NCBI RefSeq assembly: GCF_000143415.4
Contig: NW_003314271.1
Coordinates: 1,038,882-1,102,881, forward strand
Direction of reading: 5' to 3'
Length of the DNA: 64,000 bases
Source: Selaginella moellendorffii
Lineage: Eukaryota > Plantae > Lycopodiophyta
Positions 61,490 to 64,000 of the stretch are shown here, in pieces. A program made the position numbers and the translations under genes. Numbering within the stretch: the stretch's first letter is position 1; the number at the start of each line of letters is the position of its first letter. The notes below the pieces were generated by a model. It made no database searches. It worked only from the letters and a program-made list of their open reading frames with translations, and was not told where the DNA came from.

Positions 61490-62955
61490 ATGGCGGCAGC
61501 AATGTCGGCGGCGAGCGTCGGTAATGTAAAGGTGGGAGGATTTCTTGGCAGCTCCAGGGGATTCCAGGCGAATCGGGGCCGAAATATCGTGTTTTCCAGG
61601 AAGATCATGGCCAGCGCCACGAAAGAGGCCCCAAGAAAGGGCGCTAAGGAGGCGATGAAGGATACACTGCTGACGCCGCGCTTCTACACCACGGATTTCG
61701 ACGAGATGGAGCAGCTCTTCAACACCGAGATCAACAAGAAGCTCAACATGGCGGAGTTCGAGGCGCTGGTGGCGGAATTCAAGGCCGACTATAACCAGAC
61801 GCACTTCGTGAGGAATCCCGAGTTTAAGGCCGCCGCGGACAAGATCACGGGGCCAATGAGGAAGATCTTCGTGGAGTTCTTGGAAAGGTCGTGCACGGCT
61901 GAGTTCTCAGGGTTTTTGCTCTACAAGGAGCTGGGAAGAAGGCTCAAGGTACGTTTTTTTTCTTCTCTTCTCACCTCTTTCTTACACTTCTTTTCTTTCT
62001 TCTCTTCTCTTTCTTGCAGAAAACAAATCCCGTGGTTGCGGAGATTTTTACGTTGATGTCACGGGATGAAGCACGGCATGCAGGGTAAGTTCTCAGTTTC
62101 TCAGTTGGAAAAAAAGCATCGATCATTTCCTATATGTTCATAGGTTCCTGAACAAAGGATTATCCGACTTTAACTTGGCTCTGGATCTTGGATTTCTGAC
62201 CAAAGCCCGGAAGTACACCTTCTTCAAGCCACAGTTCATCTTCTACGCGACGTATCTCTCGGAGAAGATCGGCTACTGGAGGTACATTACTATCTACAGG
62301 CACTTGAAGGCCAATCCGGACTACCAGCTTTACCCGATTTTCAAATACTTTGAGAACTGGTGCCAAGACGAGAACAGGCACGGCGACTTCTTCTCGGCGT
62401 TGCTGAAAGCCCAGCCTCAGTTCTTGAACGACTGGAAGGCCAAACTCTGGGCTCGCTTCTTCTGTCTCTCGGTAAAGCAAACCTTTGGCTCTTCTTGGAA
62501 TTTTTAGATGCTCATGCTTCCGCTCTTGCTCTTCCAGGTGTACGTGACAATGTACCTAAATGACTGCCAAAGAACTGCCTTTTACGAAGGAATAGGCCTC
62601 GACACTAAAGATTTCGACATGCATGTCATCATCGAGGTATTTTAAAGTGAGATGAGAATAGGAACTCACGATCGTTTGTTTTCTCTGACAGACAAACAAG
62701 ACAACAGCACGAATCTTTCCGGCCGTGTTGGATGTGGAGAACCCCGCGTTCAAGGAGAAGCTGGATGAGCTAGTGGTGCTCAACCAGAAACTTATAGCTC
62801 TCGGTGACTCTACCACTCCAGCTCCTCTGAAGACGCTGCAGAGGCTACCTTTGATTGCCGGAATGGTGTCTGGAATACTGAGCTTGTACCTGATGACTCC
62901 AGTCGAGTCTGGGTCGCTTGATTGTGTCGATTTTGAGCCGCAAGTTGTCTATTAA
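61490..62955 (+). CDS. CHL27: Mg-protoporphyrin IX monomethyl ester oxidative cyclase (CHL27/CRD1/AcsF)
   Basis: [51 protein letters not shown] (di-iron ExxH motifs). Five exons. Confidence 0.97.
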
Positions 62956-63035
62956 CAAGGTTATTTTTCTTCTTACTGTGGAATTAGATAACTGTAATTT
63001 TTATATAGTATAAACTTAAATATTTTTTACATTAA

Positions 63036-64000
63036 TCAGCACGAAAGGAAAGTTAAGTTTCCATGCTCAGTGTTCTTGTCAAGGCATTGTGCTCGCTTTC
63101 GTCCCAAAACTAGCGGGAAGTTTTTGGGAGCTTGGGAGCGACGTGTTGAACGACTCCTCTTGCGATTTCCTCTGCGGTAGCCAGGAGCTCCAGAAGAGCT
63201 GTGCCAACGTAACCAAGTTTGTGCTACTCTGCCGAAATTCCTGTCAAAATGATCACTAGCTTTCTGGAAAAGGAAAAAGTTAATGAGACAAAAAAATGGA
63301 GCTTTTTTTGACTTGCACTCCATCTTTTAAGTAGATGAAGGCTACGTCAAGTCAAGGATCGAAAGCAAGTAGGTCCAAAAACATTCATGTTACGATCCCG
63401 ATGCAGCGGCTTAGAATCCTTCTCGCAAATACCTTCAAGAATTCTCAAGGTGAGCTAGGCAGAGATAAAGCCATGCGACTTTGAAGAGTATGAGACACTA
63501 TTGCAAGGCGTCGGATTTGACTTTGAAAACGAGTCGGGAGGTTCTATCTAGAGAAAGGAAAAAATGCAGACTCTCGAGAAGTACCTTGGCAACGGTTTTC
63601 TCGCAGGAAGTAGCATCCATGACCAAGAATGATATGAAATCTCTCGGCCTTACTAAACAGCAGCAAGTAAGTACACAAGCATTAACAAAGCTTTACTTGG
63701 CCTACCGAATTCGTGATGTCGTTGCAGAAGGCCTTGGAGCTGAAAGCTTTCTTAGATGATCGCGGGCTTTTCGAGTTCTCCATGTGTGAGCAATTGAAGT
63801 GCTTAGAGCTTGTTAGATATTTAAGATCATGCTTCCTAGTTCTGCAAAGTCGTCCTCTAGTTCATTGCTGCTTTTAAAAACATGCTGCGAGTAGCTTGCG
63901 CGTGAGAGCTATGATCAAGTCAGGCTCCATCTCGGACTACCCCGCTTTGGCCATTTGGTTGCTCAACTCGTGCCTTTTCTTCACCCTGTAGTGTGTTATT
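63036..64000 (-). CDS. Probable 3' part of an unidentified multi-exon gene running off the window
   Basis: Minus-strand splice-like borders and a terminal ORF 63036..63323 converging on CHL27. No recognised motif. Confidence 0.3.

Noticed and set aside
63925-63947. Single CTCCATCTCGGACT unit resembling the LTR minisatellite
   Set aside because: One short match without convincing flanking LTR homology. Probably chance.

Overview
Eukaryotic plant nuclear DNA. The many 50-60 bp GT-AG introns, very dense genes, PLS-class PPR gene and an intron-containing HslU point to a non-seed land plant, most plausibly the lycophyte Selaginella (inference). The window has three parts. (1) About 0.17-7.6 kb is a decayed Mutator-like DNA transposon with imperfect TIRs. 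It carries a transposase (minus strand) and, divergently, an intron-containing gene encoding a ParB-like motif plus a beta-class amino-DNA-methyltransferase fold. (2) About 8.3-33.5 kb is a five-level nest of LTR retroelements resolved with TSDs, PBS and PPT. The two youngest are non-autonomous and have minisatellite-bearing LTRs. Their ~4 kb ORF-less internal domain is packed with hairpins, a sense copy of the tRNA-iMet 5' end and twin T-loop/B-box hairpins. AT-rich decayed DNA follows to ~40.8 kb. (3) About 40.9-64 kb is a compact gene block: unknown protein, plastid aldolase, PcrA/UvrD-like helicase, trehalase, PPR, tRNA-iMet, shikimate kinase, HslU, CHL27. All alignments and translations beyond the supplied ORF track were done by eye; no searches were run.
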